Positions 26,801 to 35,674 of a stretch of 38,467 nucleotides of DNA are shown here, piece by piece. The stretch spans positions 1 to 38,467 of the IMG/VR virus record IMGVR_UViG_3300046048_000504, one strand, 5' to 3'. Positions within the stretch are counted from its first letter, which is position 1. The number at the start of each line of letters is the position of its first letter. The notes under the pieces were generated by a model. That model had not been told where the DNA came from. It did no database searches and saw nothing but the letters and a program-made list of their open reading frames with translations. The position numbers were made by a program, and so were the translations under genes. This DNA comes from a virus. Its lineage: Duplodnaviria; Caudoviricetes.

Positions 26801-27819
26801 TTCCCGGCTGAAATTTGAATCTCCATGTACCGGTATGTCGAATCATAGACCCCGGAGCCATAGGCATAACAACGTCCGTTCCCACTGGTCGGGCTGGTCC
26901 CGGTCGATCCATAACACCACTTGATCCCAAAAACACCTGTGGCCTGTTCCGTATAGATCGAGGCATAGTATGGATCATTGTCTGTTAACAGCGTCTCGTC
27001 CACATAGAGCCGGATAGCGGATGTCCCCGCTCCCACGTTGTCGAATTTCCACCGGCCTCCTCCCTCATAGGTTTTGACACAGTACCCGTTTATATCAACA
27101 GCGTCAACCAGATCGACAGCTCCGGACCGTTTAAGCAGGTTCCGGGTATCACCTGTGGCTGGCCTGTAATCGTATGGGATGTTTCTCTCCGACCCGACAG
27201 CCCACAGCCGGGTAATTATATCTTTGGACTCGACCTTTTCACGGGTGATTTTATATAATCCCTGACCTTTCCCGTACCTGAATGTATCTCCGGAATCCTC
27301 TCCAAGTGTTGAGGCCACGTTCAGCTCATTCTGGTCGAAATAGTATTCCATTTCAAACTCGTCCATCATGGAATAGAGGACCTGCATACAGTTCTGATTC
27401 TTAAAATACAGGTTCCTGTACTCTGTCGCCTCCACATAACCCAGTTCAAGGTGTCCGGAGCCGTAAATCCGGTGGACATTCTCGAACATAATATCCATGA
27501 TGTCGGAGAGGGTGCCATTGAAATAAAACTCGTTCATGCCCTCATACATGAACTGAATTTTTGTCAGGTCATAGTAAGCAGCCTCAAACGTACATTGATA
27601 CTGGAATGAGTGATCGGATTGCTTGATCACAGCCGGGAGGTTGTTCAGGAAATAGGTTTCTCCTTTGATTTGGACGGTGTCTCCCAGCTCAAACGTAAAG
27701 GCCGACGGTAAAATAAAGGAAACGATAAACTCGTTTTGTCCACTCAATCCCATGGATAAACGGGCCTCGCTTGGTTTGACCATCTGAACGACCGATGTTC
27801 CTCTATAAATCTCTACCAT
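20815..27819 (-). CDS. 2334-aa tail tip/hub (Tal-like) fused to a long fibre with C-terminal intramolecular chaperone (peptidase S74-like)
   Basis: N-terminal FRYGKGQGLY...ITRLWAVGSERNIP...FDDIYP hub motifs; internal repeats; C-terminal AYSDIRGK...YGMSAQ...VFPHAI...AIKEL followed by a coiled coil. Confidence 0.85.
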   Translation of the reverse strand: MVEIYRGTSVVQMVKPSEARLSMGLSGQNEFIVSFILPSAFTFELGDTVQIKGETYFLNNLPAVIKQSDHSFQYQCTFEAAYYDLTKIQFMYEGMNEFYFNGTLSDIMDIMFENVHRIYGSGHLELGYVEATEYRNLYFKNQNCMQVLYSMMDEFEMEYYFDQNELNVASTLGEDSGDTFRYGKGQGLYKITREKVESKDIITRLWAVGSERNIPYDYRPATGDTRNLLKRSGAVDLVDAVDINGYCVKTYEGGGRWKFDNVGAGTSAIRLYVDETLLTDNDPYYASIYTEQATGVFGIKWCYGSTGTSPTSGNGRCYAYGSGVYDSTYRYMEIQISAGKSAILYDAQIEHNELTAYEGGYALTGGRFTRRLMFAAPGSHYVESNVSTYGLVEATKTFDDIYPRFTGLVTSVGTALQFCCSTMDFDVNSYLISGVEATVHFNTGNCAGYEFTLDKNDGYVHTGGAVGERQFTIIQNQDQQGYVVPTDSGIRPAVGDEFVILQIEMPSSYVTAAEGELYDAAVEYIEQNDEPRVRYTIEVDPEYAKEHALSYVIGDAVTLVDSDINVNRLIRITNIDYDLTRDGAMKLTLSEDLEPTIIQRLYAEEERIDTILSMNDFNQTDMMVGYRSILEMQHLIFDGTGYFDPENIKPLSIETLMLTVGSKWYAFTLECTMDANYNGTDTGFSASAGRLIHFTIDETGPVTWTLNANVQTGLTAGQAYYIYAYCHKTNYTDATNMVLVDTAQRDVDGTTHWNFMVGVLHSSANGYRDISLSYGMTQINGGFITTGKIESIDGNTYFDLNNSTIGGAITFESGSSGYTNISDIPTSLEEINSDEYDKYEERVKVWDQTTEPTTGMQVGDLWVDDDDIVHYYTGSGWIAATVIDALEAYLTAAMGKTVYRQTTAPTSGMVEGDVWIDSDDNDKVYVYYDGSWTETNNAEALAAAALADLKVQTFYQTTEPTTGMDIGDFWVDTDGLTYMWTGSQWISLTSQDAIDALSDAADAQATADGKITAFYQDYEPTTGMDEGDIWFETLGGANRIYVYDTGAWVESPDSQIAEAINAAQDAQTTADGKAIVFYDGTEPTTGMSEGDIWIDTGNDNTAYVYSGAAWVLYTVNDALQALADAADAQATADGKVTTFVQSYTSEGYPTAEGVGDLWYNTDTGKIHRWDGVDWDLDVADVTQTIIDGGLVTTGRLVVQNDTTQQGGISGTTSSGTTDIGLWLGSTYANRATAPFRVDHGGNATMTSATLQSSGGSTQRIVIDSSNNNMTFYNSTNDAVITIDDNVIYSKPGMLVEDGIIGMTDSNSNVAAMTAATITVVRDGGTATYSILGQVTKDSSGTERAVYGYTNPSTGTGSYYAGYFTATGSTPALNVGVYAAASGATTNWAIHGNGPVKLEGITNASETSALYYNTTTKEVSYGSVSSGLTSPLTTKGDIWVYSTADTRLPIGSDGEILSADSSETTGLKWITPSGGGLSWSGTNANGVATYGSSSTVVSEDNLEFNGYDLMVGTPTSPYFSYTHEIVVGSASSTSTGWIEVVGYQISDTTVGGISWHNAAAAQTNKMIASIEVERYNDNDRGKMTIAVSADDGTMDDVWTVYNNTHQWHINGTTELVLTGASLYPNTTLGLSLGASGNRYDNIYGDDIDLSGGATLGDLAGTGSRMVVADASGTLSATTIPSGSVTSITSGAGMNFTEITTSGSIVMGTPSTLTAATTNSASGTTHTHAITGFAAISGSPTTYDLAYWDSGTTIADSGGAAFYTPASGLITVLNFYATGTAKFTALTGSADHLVKANATGEMGSGNLTGDVSTSGLTVTAANALITGKTNITALAATDEFLIYDASETGLRAINAQYIADYCQGSYITGSGTSGFLTIWNGTDSVTQTELGGDITSSGSTCTAAVALITGKTNVTSLQSTDEFLINDVSTAALGRIDLSVLTSYMQSNLSFGTGTITGSGTTSQVAYFTDTTVLSSGTLGGDITSSGLTCTLAALAITGKTAMTSGLVSTDELLVSNGGVLNRMDISVIQSYMQSNLTFGTGTITGSGTSPQLAYFTTSSNLTSGNLTGDVTSTGTSTTITSGAIDSGMCSSTFVTGFAAIGSIASADSFIIHDSGVGIREATITQLQTYMQSNLSFGTGTVTGTGSSGYIAQWSGTSSLTYASEIQVDYPSAGNVRLNTNNLRVDHLAGSSTILYTNTSGDIAKYSNVTVGGTYNLYVSGTIYATGNIYAYSDIRGKNVLGEIGPVLPKYRHLDTFIYELKSDPEAGASYGMSAQALGEVFPHAIDYDKEKDQFGIKLNALAALNTSAIKELEEENTLLWEKMAELENKLNKLLT
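21340..22420 (-). repeat. four ~85-95-aa fibre repeats
   Basis: L(T/G)GD(V/I)...ITGKT...TDEFLI...YMQSNL(S/T)FGTGT(I/V)TG recurs; boundaries approximate. Confidence 0.8.
24290..25293 (-). repeat. six EPTTGMxxGDxW repeats separated by Ala-rich helices
   Basis: For example QTTEPTTGMQVGDLWVD, QTTAPTSGMVEGDVWID, QDYEPTTGMDEGDIWFE, with AADAQATADGK linkers; boundaries approximate. Confidence 0.85.
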
Positions 27820-28448
27820 GTTACCTCAGTTGAGTTTGAAACTGTCAAGGATGCAATATTTTCCTTTCGGCCAGCAATTACAATGTATTTCCCGGCTCCC
27901 AGAGTCGAATTTGTTACCGGGCTGGTTGCCTCTGTGATCGTATCGACAGACCCGTCACCCCAGTAAATAGTGAACAGCTCGTCGTTATCCGTGGTCAGAG
28001 ATACCTGAACAGAGGTCCCGGTGGAATAATACTGCCGGTTGATAGGCTCCGGCTCGATCAGGTTCAGATAAAAAACAGCGACCATCAGCGTATCATTCCA
28101 ATGGGTCAATCGCTGGACCGGCTTACTGGCATTTATATCGACCATGTAAACCTTGTCAATATCTGCCAATCTCAACATCCGGAGGCCCGGAGCATAAAAC
28201 AGTTCGAGAAAGGTATGGATGTCCTCTTTGTAATCCGCTTTCGAGGTCGATTTGATACCGAGTTTGAGCGTGAATTTCCGCTCTTTCATCAGTTTGTCCG
28301 TGTGGGAATACTGAATCCCATGCTCGTCCGGCCAGTCGAATTTATATTTATGCTTTGGGACCAGAGGGTCAAAAAGTCCTTGTTCTTGAATAAGAAACAC
28401 CCCGTATGAGGTCAGAACATCCGTGTCGTCGATATATATTTTCTGCAT
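27813..28448 (-). CDS. distal tail (Dit-like) protein
   Basis: Lies between the tape measure and tail tip; DWPDEHG and ERKFTLK motifs; C-terminal IYWGDGS. Confidence 0.75.
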   Translation of the reverse strand: MQKIYIDDTDVLTSYGVFLIQEQGLFDPLVPKHKYKFDWPDEHGIQYSHTDKLMKERKFTLKLGIKSTSKADYKEDIHTFLELFYAPGLRMLRLADIDKVYMVDINASKPVQRLTHWNDTLMVAVFYLNLIEPEPINRQYYSTGTSVQVSLTTDNDELFTIYWGDGSVDTITEATSPVTNSTLGAGKYIVIAGRKENIASLTVSNSTEVTW

Positions 28449-31400
28449 TATCGCACTCCTCCAAGTCTATTTTTAATTGACACCAATTCCATAAAAACAT
28501 TGTAAAGCAGATAATTGTAGCTGGTATTTTGCTCGATTGCTTGCAGGGAGGCAAGGGAGTCCTCAGCTATCTCCTGATTTTGCAGGATGTTGAACCGGAT
28601 AGCTGTGATCTGTCCGGCCAAAATCTGAGCCGTGTCCTCACTGATCCCTTTAATGGCTCCGGCAAGGCCCTCCTTATCGGGTGGTTCATATCCGGGCATC
28701 GTCTCGTCAAAGAACTGCTGAAATGCGTCCCAGCCCTCCTGAGCGTTCACCATAACCTCCTCCCACTGGTCCCTCAGCTCAGACATTTCAATACTGTCAA
28801 TGCCTCCGAACATCTCCAGAGAGCGGTCCCTCCCGGTGGGTGATTTCGATTCGATTGCAGTGAAAAGGCTATCATAAAACCCAGTCACCTGATCCTCGAT
28901 GAAACGCTGTTTCCATACGTTCATCATGGCCTCTCTCATAACCTCCTCGAACGTGGCTGCAAAATCGACCACACCGTCCTCAGCGTTCTGGAAAGCGGAA
29001 ACAATCTCGTCGGTAATGAAATCAGCATTGAACCCAACGGTCTGACCCCTGTATTGATCCCTCAAAAGCTGTTCCTGTTCCTGCAGCCTCTCGATTTCGT
29101 CAAGGTATTGCAGATAGGATTCTCTCTCAGCCTTTGTCAGAGCGTCGTAATTATCATAGATGAATTGCCGTTGCTCCTCGATAGATTTCCCTTTGTAAAG
29201 TTCCGTGTCAACCTTGATTTTATTTCCCTTTGCGTCCACTGCGGTTAAATACAGGAATGTCTGACCCAGCTCTTTGTTGTATTTCGTCTGAGCAAGGGTA
29301 ACCTCCTGCAGTTCCTCCCAATATTGATCGTACCATTTGGTCCCTCTCAATTCACTTAACAGCTCGATCTGATCCTCCAGATTGCGATTGAAAAGGTCAA
29401 TGTCCCGGCTCAGTTTGTCAATCATGTAATCGTCCCTCCGCTCCTGAGCCTCCTCTTTCGCCCTTTTGGATGCGTTCAACAGGTCAAAAACAGCCTTGGT
29501 CATGATCAGGATTGCATTGACTATGCCCATAATACTCCCTCCGGATGCTGCGATTGAGAGTAAAGCCTGAACCATTCCATCGACAGCTTTGGCTGCAGTG
29601 TCGGCCTCTCCGGAGATTAAGGACATCCCGCCTATCAGTTGGATCATTGCCTGTTTTGTGTCCTCAATACTATCCAGAAAATCCTCCTGTTCCTTATCCG
29701 TCCGGAAAATGACTCCACCCATGTATTCGTATGCTTTCGCAATCTCCATGATTTCGTCGTCCTCTCCCTCCAGTTCCCTCATTAGATCAATCTCAAACTG
29801 GCCGAATGATTTGTCAACCATCCTTTGAATCTCTGTTAACTGTTTCTCGAAAGCCTCTTTTAACCTATCGTATGATCGTTTTATATATTCCTTTTCAAGT
29901 TTTTCCAGTGCCTCCAGTTTCTCCTGCTGGACATCATATTCCATTAACGCCAACCTTTTCGCAATCTCGAACTGGAGTTCAGCGTTACCCTCAGCATCAA
30001 TGTAAGCCTGTTTATAATAGGCTTTCAGGGTATCTCCTTTTTTCAGCCAAAGGGTATAATGCGATTGCAGCTCGTCTGCCATGGAGGTCGATTTGATTTT
30101 ATCCCACTCCTCATAGGCTTTCGCTGCCTCGTCGAGTCGTTCAACCTCAGCGTCCAGAGCCTCCTGATTGAGTTTTATTTGTTCCTCCAAAGCCCTTTTC
30201 TCTGCCTCATAGGTTTCTGATAAAAATGCTCCCTCCGGAGAAACGGTTACTCCACCCAGATCAGTTGGGTCAATTTGCAGGGCATTTTTTAATTCGATAC
30301 CATAGGATTTTATGTCGCCCTGTTTGGAGAGTAATTCATCCATCCTGTCATTGTAGGCATCGAAATCATTCAGGGTTGTTTCAAAAAAGGCTCGTTCCCA
30401 TTGTCCCAAACCTAATTCTTTGAGGTCCTTTTTCGACAGTCCACGTAACTGTTCATACATTTGATCAATTGTTCCTCCCGGTAATCCCAAATCGACCACA
30501 TATTTTACCATGGCCTCCTTTGTCTGTTCGAGGAGGACCTGCAGGTTTCTTATCTTATTTTCAATTCCCCGTTCGTCCTTTAACTGTTCGGTTAAGGTTA
30601 TGCGGTCCCTGTATTTTTCATTTACTTGCTCTAAAATGTCAATCAGGGTTTCGTTTTTGGTGTTCTCGGTGTCGAGGCCGTCGAAAAATTCAGGATAAGC
30701 CAGCTTTAAATCATTCAAAGCCTTTTCCCTTTCTTTGGTCCCCTCCTCCAGTTCAAGTATGGCTGATGTCGCTCCATTTATGGCATATTGTTCCTCTTTG
30801 ACGGCCCGTACCATGGCTTTTGAGTTAAGTGCAAAAGCCAAATTGCCAAACATCCGGGTCAGATTAGTACCGTATTCGAGGAGTTTATCATGCCAGCGAG
30901 ATTTCATTACCTTGATTTGGTTCTCTGCAGCTTTCATCATGAGTTCGTATGCGTCTGCAGTCGCTCCCAGTGATCTGCGAAACTCCTCCAGATCGGCCCT
31001 TGCCATGTCTGCATTGTCACCGGTCAATCCCAGTCCACCGACAGCTCCCTCAATCCTCCCGGTAAACTCTTTCAGGGACACTCCAGCGTCGTCTGCCTTT
31101 TTGCGAAGTGCCTCGACAGCCTCCTGAAAGGTCATCGTCTCCCTCCAACCCTGTCCGAATTGCTCATTCAGGGAGACAAGGATTTGCCTTATTTGGGTCA
31201 TGGCCACTGCCGTCGGTGTCCCTTGCTTGGTCAGGGTTGCCACTGCTGAATTTACCTCATACAGCTCCACCCCGAATGATGCTGCCAATGGAGCAACCAG
31301 AGCAATCGAATTTGACAGCTCTGCAAAGGTGGTTTTACCCAGTCGTACAGTAGTGAAAAATATGTCTGAAACCTCGTTCGCCCGGTCTGTAGAAATTTTC

Positions 31401-31870
31401 CAAGCGTTCATTGCGGAGGTCAATCCGTCGGCTGCTGTTATAGTGTCGGTCACACCGGCCACTGCTGCCTTGGTAGCCACTTCCAACAGGACCATTCCTT
31501 CCGCACCGTCATAACCGGCTGAGACGATCTGATACAAGGCTTTTGCAAGGCCCTGAGCATCCTCTGGGACCTCTTTGGCGAGGGTCCGGACAGAGTTGAT
31601 CATACCCTCATAATTTGCCTGTCCTGCTGCGGAGATTGTCTGGACCTCCCTCATGGCCTTATCGAAATCTTTGGCCATGGCAAAAGCTGCTTTCGATACT
31701 TTCGCAAATGCAAGGACGGCTGCTGCACCGACACCGGCAAAAAGGTCCATCCCAGTGATCTGCTGGGACATCGTTCGGAGGATTCCTTTTGCTTGTGCGG
31801 ACCCTTTTTTAAGGCCCGTGTTATCCATTCCCGTTTTCCACCAGAGGGTGTTACCCTTTCTTATTGCCAT
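28448..31870 (-). CDS. tail tape measure protein (TP901-like N-terminal core)
   Basis: FDKAMREVQTIS, ALYQIVSAG, TVRLGKTTFAEL motifs; long coiled coil; C-terminal GAIKGISEDTA. Confidence 0.92.
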   Translation of the reverse strand: MAIRKGNTLWWKTGMDNTGLKKGSAQAKGILRTMSQQITGMDLFAGVGAAAVLAFAKVSKAAFAMAKDFDKAMREVQTISAAGQANYEGMINSVRTLAKEVPEDAQGLAKALYQIVSAGYDGAEGMVLLEVATKAAVAGVTDTITAADGLTSAMNAWKISTDRANEVSDIFFTTVRLGKTTFAELSNSIALVAPLAASFGVELYEVNSAVATLTKQGTPTAVAMTQIRQILVSLNEQFGQGWRETMTFQEAVEALRKKADDAGVSLKEFTGRIEGAVGGLGLTGDNADMARADLEEFRRSLGATADAYELMMKAAENQIKVMKSRWHDKLLEYGTNLTRMFGNLAFALNSKAMVRAVKEEQYAINGATSAILELEEGTKEREKALNDLKLAYPEFFDGLDTENTKNETLIDILEQVNEKYRDRITLTEQLKDERGIENKIRNLQVLLEQTKEAMVKYVVDLGLPGGTIDQMYEQLRGLSKKDLKELGLGQWERAFFETTLNDFDAYNDRMDELLSKQGDIKSYGIELKNALQIDPTDLGGVTVSPEGAFLSETYEAEKRALEEQIKLNQEALDAEVERLDEAAKAYEEWDKIKSTSMADELQSHYTLWLKKGDTLKAYYKQAYIDAEGNAELQFEIAKRLALMEYDVQQEKLEALEKLEKEYIKRSYDRLKEAFEKQLTEIQRMVDKSFGQFEIDLMRELEGEDDEIMEIAKAYEYMGGVIFRTDKEQEDFLDSIEDTKQAMIQLIGGMSLISGEADTAAKAVDGMVQALLSIAASGGSIMGIVNAILIMTKAVFDLLNASKRAKEEAQERRDDYMIDKLSRDIDLFNRNLEDQIELLSELRGTKWYDQYWEELQEVTLAQTKYNKELGQTFLYLTAVDAKGNKIKVDTELYKGKSIEEQRQFIYDNYDALTKAERESYLQYLDEIERLQEQEQLLRDQYRGQTVGFNADFITDEIVSAFQNAEDGVVDFAATFEEVMREAMMNVWKQRFIEDQVTGFYDSLFTAIESKSPTGRDRSLEMFGGIDSIEMSELRDQWEEVMVNAQEGWDAFQQFFDETMPGYEPPDKEGLAGAIKGISEDTAQILAGQITAIRFNILQNQEIAEDSLASLQAIEQNTSYNYLLYNVFMELVSIKNRLGGVR

Positions 31871-32111
31871 GAGTCATCATTTTATAGAAATCTTGAATAT
31901 CAAGTTCCTCCGGGTTTTCCTCCTCTTTGTCATATTTAGGGATGGTCGCAAGGAACATCATTAAATTGACATAGGAAATCTCCCACAAAATCTCATGCAA
32001 AGTGAAACGGAAGTATTTTTTTATCCCACCAATCAGGCTCCAGAGGCTATTGACTCCTCCTCTTTTATTAGGCTCATTCCTTTTACGGATATGATAGATT
32101 TCATAAAACCC
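31851..32111 (-). CDS. -1 frameshift extension of the tail assembly chaperone (gpGT-like)
   Basis: Slippery heptamer G GGT TTT at 32111-32105 is in frame. The -1 frame is open: ...RGGVNSLWSLIGGIKKYFRFTLHEILWEISYVNLMMFLATIPKYD...HGNKKG, stop at 31853-31851. Confidence 0.8.
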   Translation of the reverse strand, partial: GFYEIYHIRKRNEPNKRGGVNSLWSLIGGIKKYFRFTLHEILWEISYVNLMMFLATIPKYDKEEENPEELDIQDFYKMMTHGNKKG

Positions 32112-32524
32112 GAAACGTCCATTTGGGTGATCACATAGGTAATCAGAGCCAACAGCTCCTCCGGGGTTGCATTGTTTTTCAAAATGCGTTTTATTCGCCT
32201 ATTAGGTGGACCCTTATCATTGTGAATCGCAAGTGCAACTATATCCAGCAGTCTATCGGTTTGCTTTTGCATTAACCCGATCCCTGTTGTCATCCAGTTA
32301 TCTTTACTCACTGTCTCAGGGAGATTCATTTCAACCATGATGTCCGAAACCCTGATCAGTGTCCCCAAAACCAAGGGCCTAATATTAAAATGGTATTGTG
32401 ATTTGAGTACCTTGATTTTATGCAAGTAATTCGGTTTGTTGACCGTCACAAAAAAATCAATGCCCTCCTGCAATACCGTTTTTATAGCTGCCTGTTCAAC
32501 CTTGCGTCTCTCTGCCTTATCCAT
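32033..32524 (-). CDS. tail assembly chaperone (gpG-like)
   Basis: Position between the tail tube and tape measure; contains the slippery site. Confidence 0.8.
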   Translation of the reverse strand: MDKAERRKVEQAAIKTVLQEGIDFFVTVNKPNYLHKIKVLKSQYHFNIRPLVLGTLIRVSDIMVEMNLPETVSKDNWMTTGIGLMQKQTDRLLDIVALAIHNDKGPPNRRIKRILKNNATPEELLALITYVITQMDVSGFMKSIISVKGMSLIKEEESIASGA

Positions 32525-32540
32525 AGGGCTTTAATAGGTT

Positions 32541-32576
32541 AAAAAAAAGGGAGAGGGCTGGTCGGCCCTCCACCCC
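32541..32576 (-). terminator. intra-operon terminator/attenuator after the major tail gene
   Basis: GAGGGC/GCCCTC stem with extension, followed by a T8 tract on the minus strand. Confidence 0.65.
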
Positions 32577-33095
32577 TTAATTGGTTTTGGTTATTTGGAT
32601 CGGGCTGACAGGAGTCCCAGCATTATCAACAGCTTGTACCTGAGCGTTGATTTTTACCTCTGCTGTTTCTGTCTTATACATTTTCCCGTCCATAGAAGCG
32701 AGAACCAGTGCTTTCGGAATGTCAACAACATAGTACGTTGTGTCATAGACCCTTGAAGTTGCCTTCAAAGCGTAAAATATTGCTGTTTCCGACACCGGAG
32801 CTGACCACTTGTTTGTTGCAACGGAACCTCCGAAAAACAATTCAAGTGTATCAGGCTGCATATCCCTGACCGAAAAGGCCAATGACCTTACCCGGTTTGC
32901 ATCAGGGATAGTAATATAGGGAGCGTCCTGTCCCTCCACGAATATATCAGATTTGGCCGGTTCGTCAAAAGTCAGTATAACTGAGTCAGGAACGATTTGA
33001 CCAAATTCTGCCGTCATGGATGTTGGCATACTGCCATCGGTTTCAGGGTCCGCATATTCAATTTTGTCGATTCCGACAAGTGCGTTTGTAGCCAT
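32577..33095 (-). CDS. major tail (tube) protein
   Basis: Synteny and size; GIDKIEY, FFGG and IPKA motifs. Confidence 0.8.
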   Translation of the reverse strand: MATNALVGIDKIEYADPETDGSMPTSMTAEFGQIVPDSVILTFDEPAKSDIFVEGQDAPYITIPDANRVRSLAFSVRDMQPDTLELFFGGSVATNKWSAPVSETAIFYALKATSRVYDTTYYVVDIPKALVLASMDGKMYKTETAEVKINAQVQAVDNAGTPVSPIQITKTN

Positions 33096-33110
33096 AATAT
33101 ATGCAGTTTT

Positions 33111-33503
33111 TTACTGTTCACAAAAATAATTAACTCGCAAGTTGACAAAGGTTTGATCCCTTTCATCTGCAATCACATTCTGACCCTCAAATTCAAAAAT
33201 GAGATAATTGTCCGTGTCCACATGAGCCTCGATCAAAGCAACCACCCTTTCGACAATCGTCTGCAGGGTTGTTTCATCGACCGTATTATCAGAGAGATTC
33301 GGAGCATGGATGTTCACATTCATCACTCCCTCGTTAACCACATTTTCAGGGTTCACGTGCGTTAATGGTGCCACGACAATACAGGTGCCTTTACTCTCCT
33401 CTCCTCGCTTATTTCTGAATATTCCATCAGTAAGCAGATCAGTAACCTGATCGACGTTCAGGAGTTCGTACATCTCTGTGATTATCTCGAATACCGTTTT
33501 CAT
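33111..33503 (-). CDS. tail terminator protein
   Basis: Synteny; VNIHAPNL and FVNLRV motifs. Confidence 0.7.
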   Translation of the reverse strand: MKTVFEIITEMYELLNVDQVTDLLTDGIFRNKRGEESKGTCIVVAPLTHVNPENVVNEGVMNVNIHAPNLSDNTVDETTLQTIVERVVALIEAHVDTDNYLIFEFEGQNVIADERDQTFVNLRVNYFCEQ

Positions 33504-33922
33504 ATCTCTTTGAGTAATTCGGATAGCTCTTGTTTTGCAATCAGACTCGGACCCGTAATTACATCCTTTTGACGGGCCTCAACATTCACACCGTATTCCA
33601 TTCCTGCCACACCGATCAGGACCGTTGCACCTTTGTCCGTGGCCAGAGAATGAGCAAGGGCCTTACCCCTGCTTATTCCCTCAGCCTTATCGGACGTGTT
33701 TATGGCCTCAATCTCGACTGTTGCGTCCACGGCTACCACGTAACCAATGGAGGAGCGGAGGTTTCCGGTCACATCTCTGTATGTCCGGAGATTTCTGCAG
33801 TTGTTATTGAATTTTTCCCCGACATATTGCATCACTTGGACCTCTTTTTGAAGGATGTCCTCAACATTACCGTCGAGTCCGTCGTCGATGTCCCCTTGAA
33901 AATGTCCGGGTATCATAGCCAT
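33500..33922 (-). CDS. neck/tail-completion protein (HK97 gp10-like)
   Basis: TGNLRSSIGY and VAGMEYGVNVE motifs. Confidence 0.8.
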   Translation of the reverse strand: MAMIPGHFQGDIDDGLDGNVEDILQKEVQVMQYVGEKFNNNCRNLRTYRDVTGNLRSSIGYVVAVDATVEIEAINTSDKAEGISRGKALAHSLATDKGATVLIGVAGMEYGVNVEARQKDVITGPSLIAKQELSELLKEI

Positions 33923-34218
33923 AATACAACTCCTTTTTGGTATGGATCAACTCGACTGATGTCCATTTTGACATCATTCCAGATAATCTCAGCATTTTTC
34001 GGAATAGCGAAATCCACCGGGTCCATGAAAACCTTGTACCCATATTTCAGGGTGGTGTTCCCATTGACGGAATTGTACTCAGAGTTCCCTGCTGGCTGGA
34101 ACGAACATTCAACCGGGTATTTCACCGGCTGGCCGTCCGTTTTTATGCCAGTTACAGGGTCCACGGTTGGCTCCGGGAACCACTGAATAATCGCTTTATG
34201 TGGATGTTTTTTAAGCAT
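33913..34218 (-). CDS. head closure (stopper) protein
   Basis: Synteny; small beta-rich protein. Confidence 0.65.
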   Translation of the reverse strand: MLKKHPHKAIIQWFPEPTVDPVTGIKTDGQPVKYPVECSFQPAGNSEYNSVNGNTTLKYGYKVFMDPVDFAIPKNAEIIWNDVKMDISRVDPYQKGVVLWL

Positions 34219-34529
34219 TACCAGACACTTTTTGCATTGATAGCTCCAGTTGTGGTGTCGGCCTCTCCATACTTGTTAAGTATTTCGGCCCTCAGCTCCT
34301 TCATTTTCCCTGTGTCGAATGTTGTTGCAAATTCTCCCTCCTTTTCAGAGGCATATTTCACAAGTAATCCACACAGGTCAGCCGTACAGAGTTCCACCGT
34401 TTCCTTATCTGCCAACACATAGTTTGCGTCCCCTTTCAGCTCCCTGTCAACCATGACCTTTTCGACCAGATTGTCAGGAACCGGAAAATCGAACGGTGCC
34501 AGTATTGCCTCTTTGCGTGTCAGTCCCAT
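34218..34529 (-). CDS. head-tail adaptor protein
   Basis: Small helical protein directly after the capsid gene; SEKEGEF motif. Confidence 0.65.
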   Translation of the reverse strand: MGLTRKEAILAPFDFPVPDNLVEKVMVDRELKGDANYVLADKETVELCTADLCGLLVKYASEKEGEFATTFDTGKMKELRAEILNKYGEADTTTGAINAKSVW

Positions 34530-34563
34530 GATAATGAAATCAGAGTGTGATCCCGGTTACCGG

Positions 34564-35649
34564 TTAGCTGGTAGCCTCAGAATCGAACAGATAACACTTG
34601 TCAACATTTTTCCATGACGGGAAAGCGTTCAACTCACAGGCTGTGTATTCGTGGAGAGGATCAGTCTCAGACCATTTTTTGATCAGAACCCTGTTTGCCT
34701 CAGCATAGGTCACGTGGCTGGCCGGAACCAGTCTCTCCATGATCGGTGCGTTCAGCATATCTCCGAACATCCCTGCAGGAGCGAACAACACGTTGTCAGC
34801 ATCCCATGGGTTGAAAGCGGAGGTAACACCGTCCTTTTCAACATCAATCTGAGCATCCACCAGAATGATCCGTGGAAGTCCCTCAGCCTGCAACCATGAG
34901 TTCATAACGCTCAGGTTGATATTGGCCTCGTTCACTGTTCCACCGATCCTCCAGAAAGTTGTGATATGGTCCTTGACCTCGTCACAGACTCTCATGTTGT
35001 TGAAAACTGACCGTCTCATGAACATCCTGTCCAGCAAAACACCGTCGACCTCTGCTGCCTCAACCACTGCCAGTATGTCGGTAATGGGTAAAGAGGTTGA
35101 GCCTCCAGTGGACCAGACTGCCGTTGCGAATTTTTTGTTCGCTGTTGGCATACCAAAGTCAACAGCCTCCTCGGTGACCATACCATCAGGGTTCGTGGTT
35201 GTGCTGAGGGTAATCTCTCCAGTGGAAAGGGCCTCCAGAGCCATGATGTCAAGCCTTTTGTGTGGTGCCTCACCACAAGCCTGAACATCCCTGTAAATAA
35301 GGTTGAGAATAGCGTTGGCATCAGCATTTAAGCCTGTACGCATGGCAAAATAATCCTGCAGGTCCTTTTCAGTCATCCTGAATTTCTGCCTAATGGAAGG
35401 GATTTCCCCGGTCAATTTACGGATTGCCTTTCTGGTCCTGAGCGGAGCTGCAGAATCATAGGACACCACAGAGGCAGCAGCACTGTTCCCAGCGTCGCCA
35501 ATGATGGTTTCATAGTTGATCGAGGTAGTGTTCCTCCAGCTAAAAAAGTTCGGCCACCATATCGGCCTCCACCTCATAGCTGTGTTGTCAATCAAATACT
35601 GTAAGTTTTGACCGACATTGATTTCTTTAAGCAATGATTGTCTTTCCAT
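34564..35649 (-). CDS. major capsid protein (lambda gpE-like family)
   Basis: 361 aa; AASVVSYDSAAPLR, GEIPSIRQK, ALSTGEI, VDFGMP, PITDI motifs; synteny. Confidence 0.88.
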   Translation of the reverse strand: MERQSLLKEINVGQNLQYLIDNTAMRWRPIWWPNFFSWRNTTSINYETIIGDAGNSAAASVVSYDSAAPLRTRKAIRKLTGEIPSIRQKFRMTEKDLQDYFAMRTGLNADANAILNLIYRDVQACGEAPHKRLDIMALEALSTGEITLSTTTNPDGMVTEEAVDFGMPTANKKFATAVWSTGGSTSLPITDILAVVEAAEVDGVLLDRMFMRRSVFNNMRVCDEVKDHITTFWRIGGTVNEANINLSVMNSWLQAEGLPRIILVDAQIDVEKDGVTSAFNPWDADNVLFAPAGMFGDMLNAPIMERLVPASHVTYAEANRVLIKKWSETDPLHEYTACELNAFPSWKNVDKCYLFDSEATS

Positions 35650-35674
35650 TGTCGTAAGATTTTATCGGTTAAAC

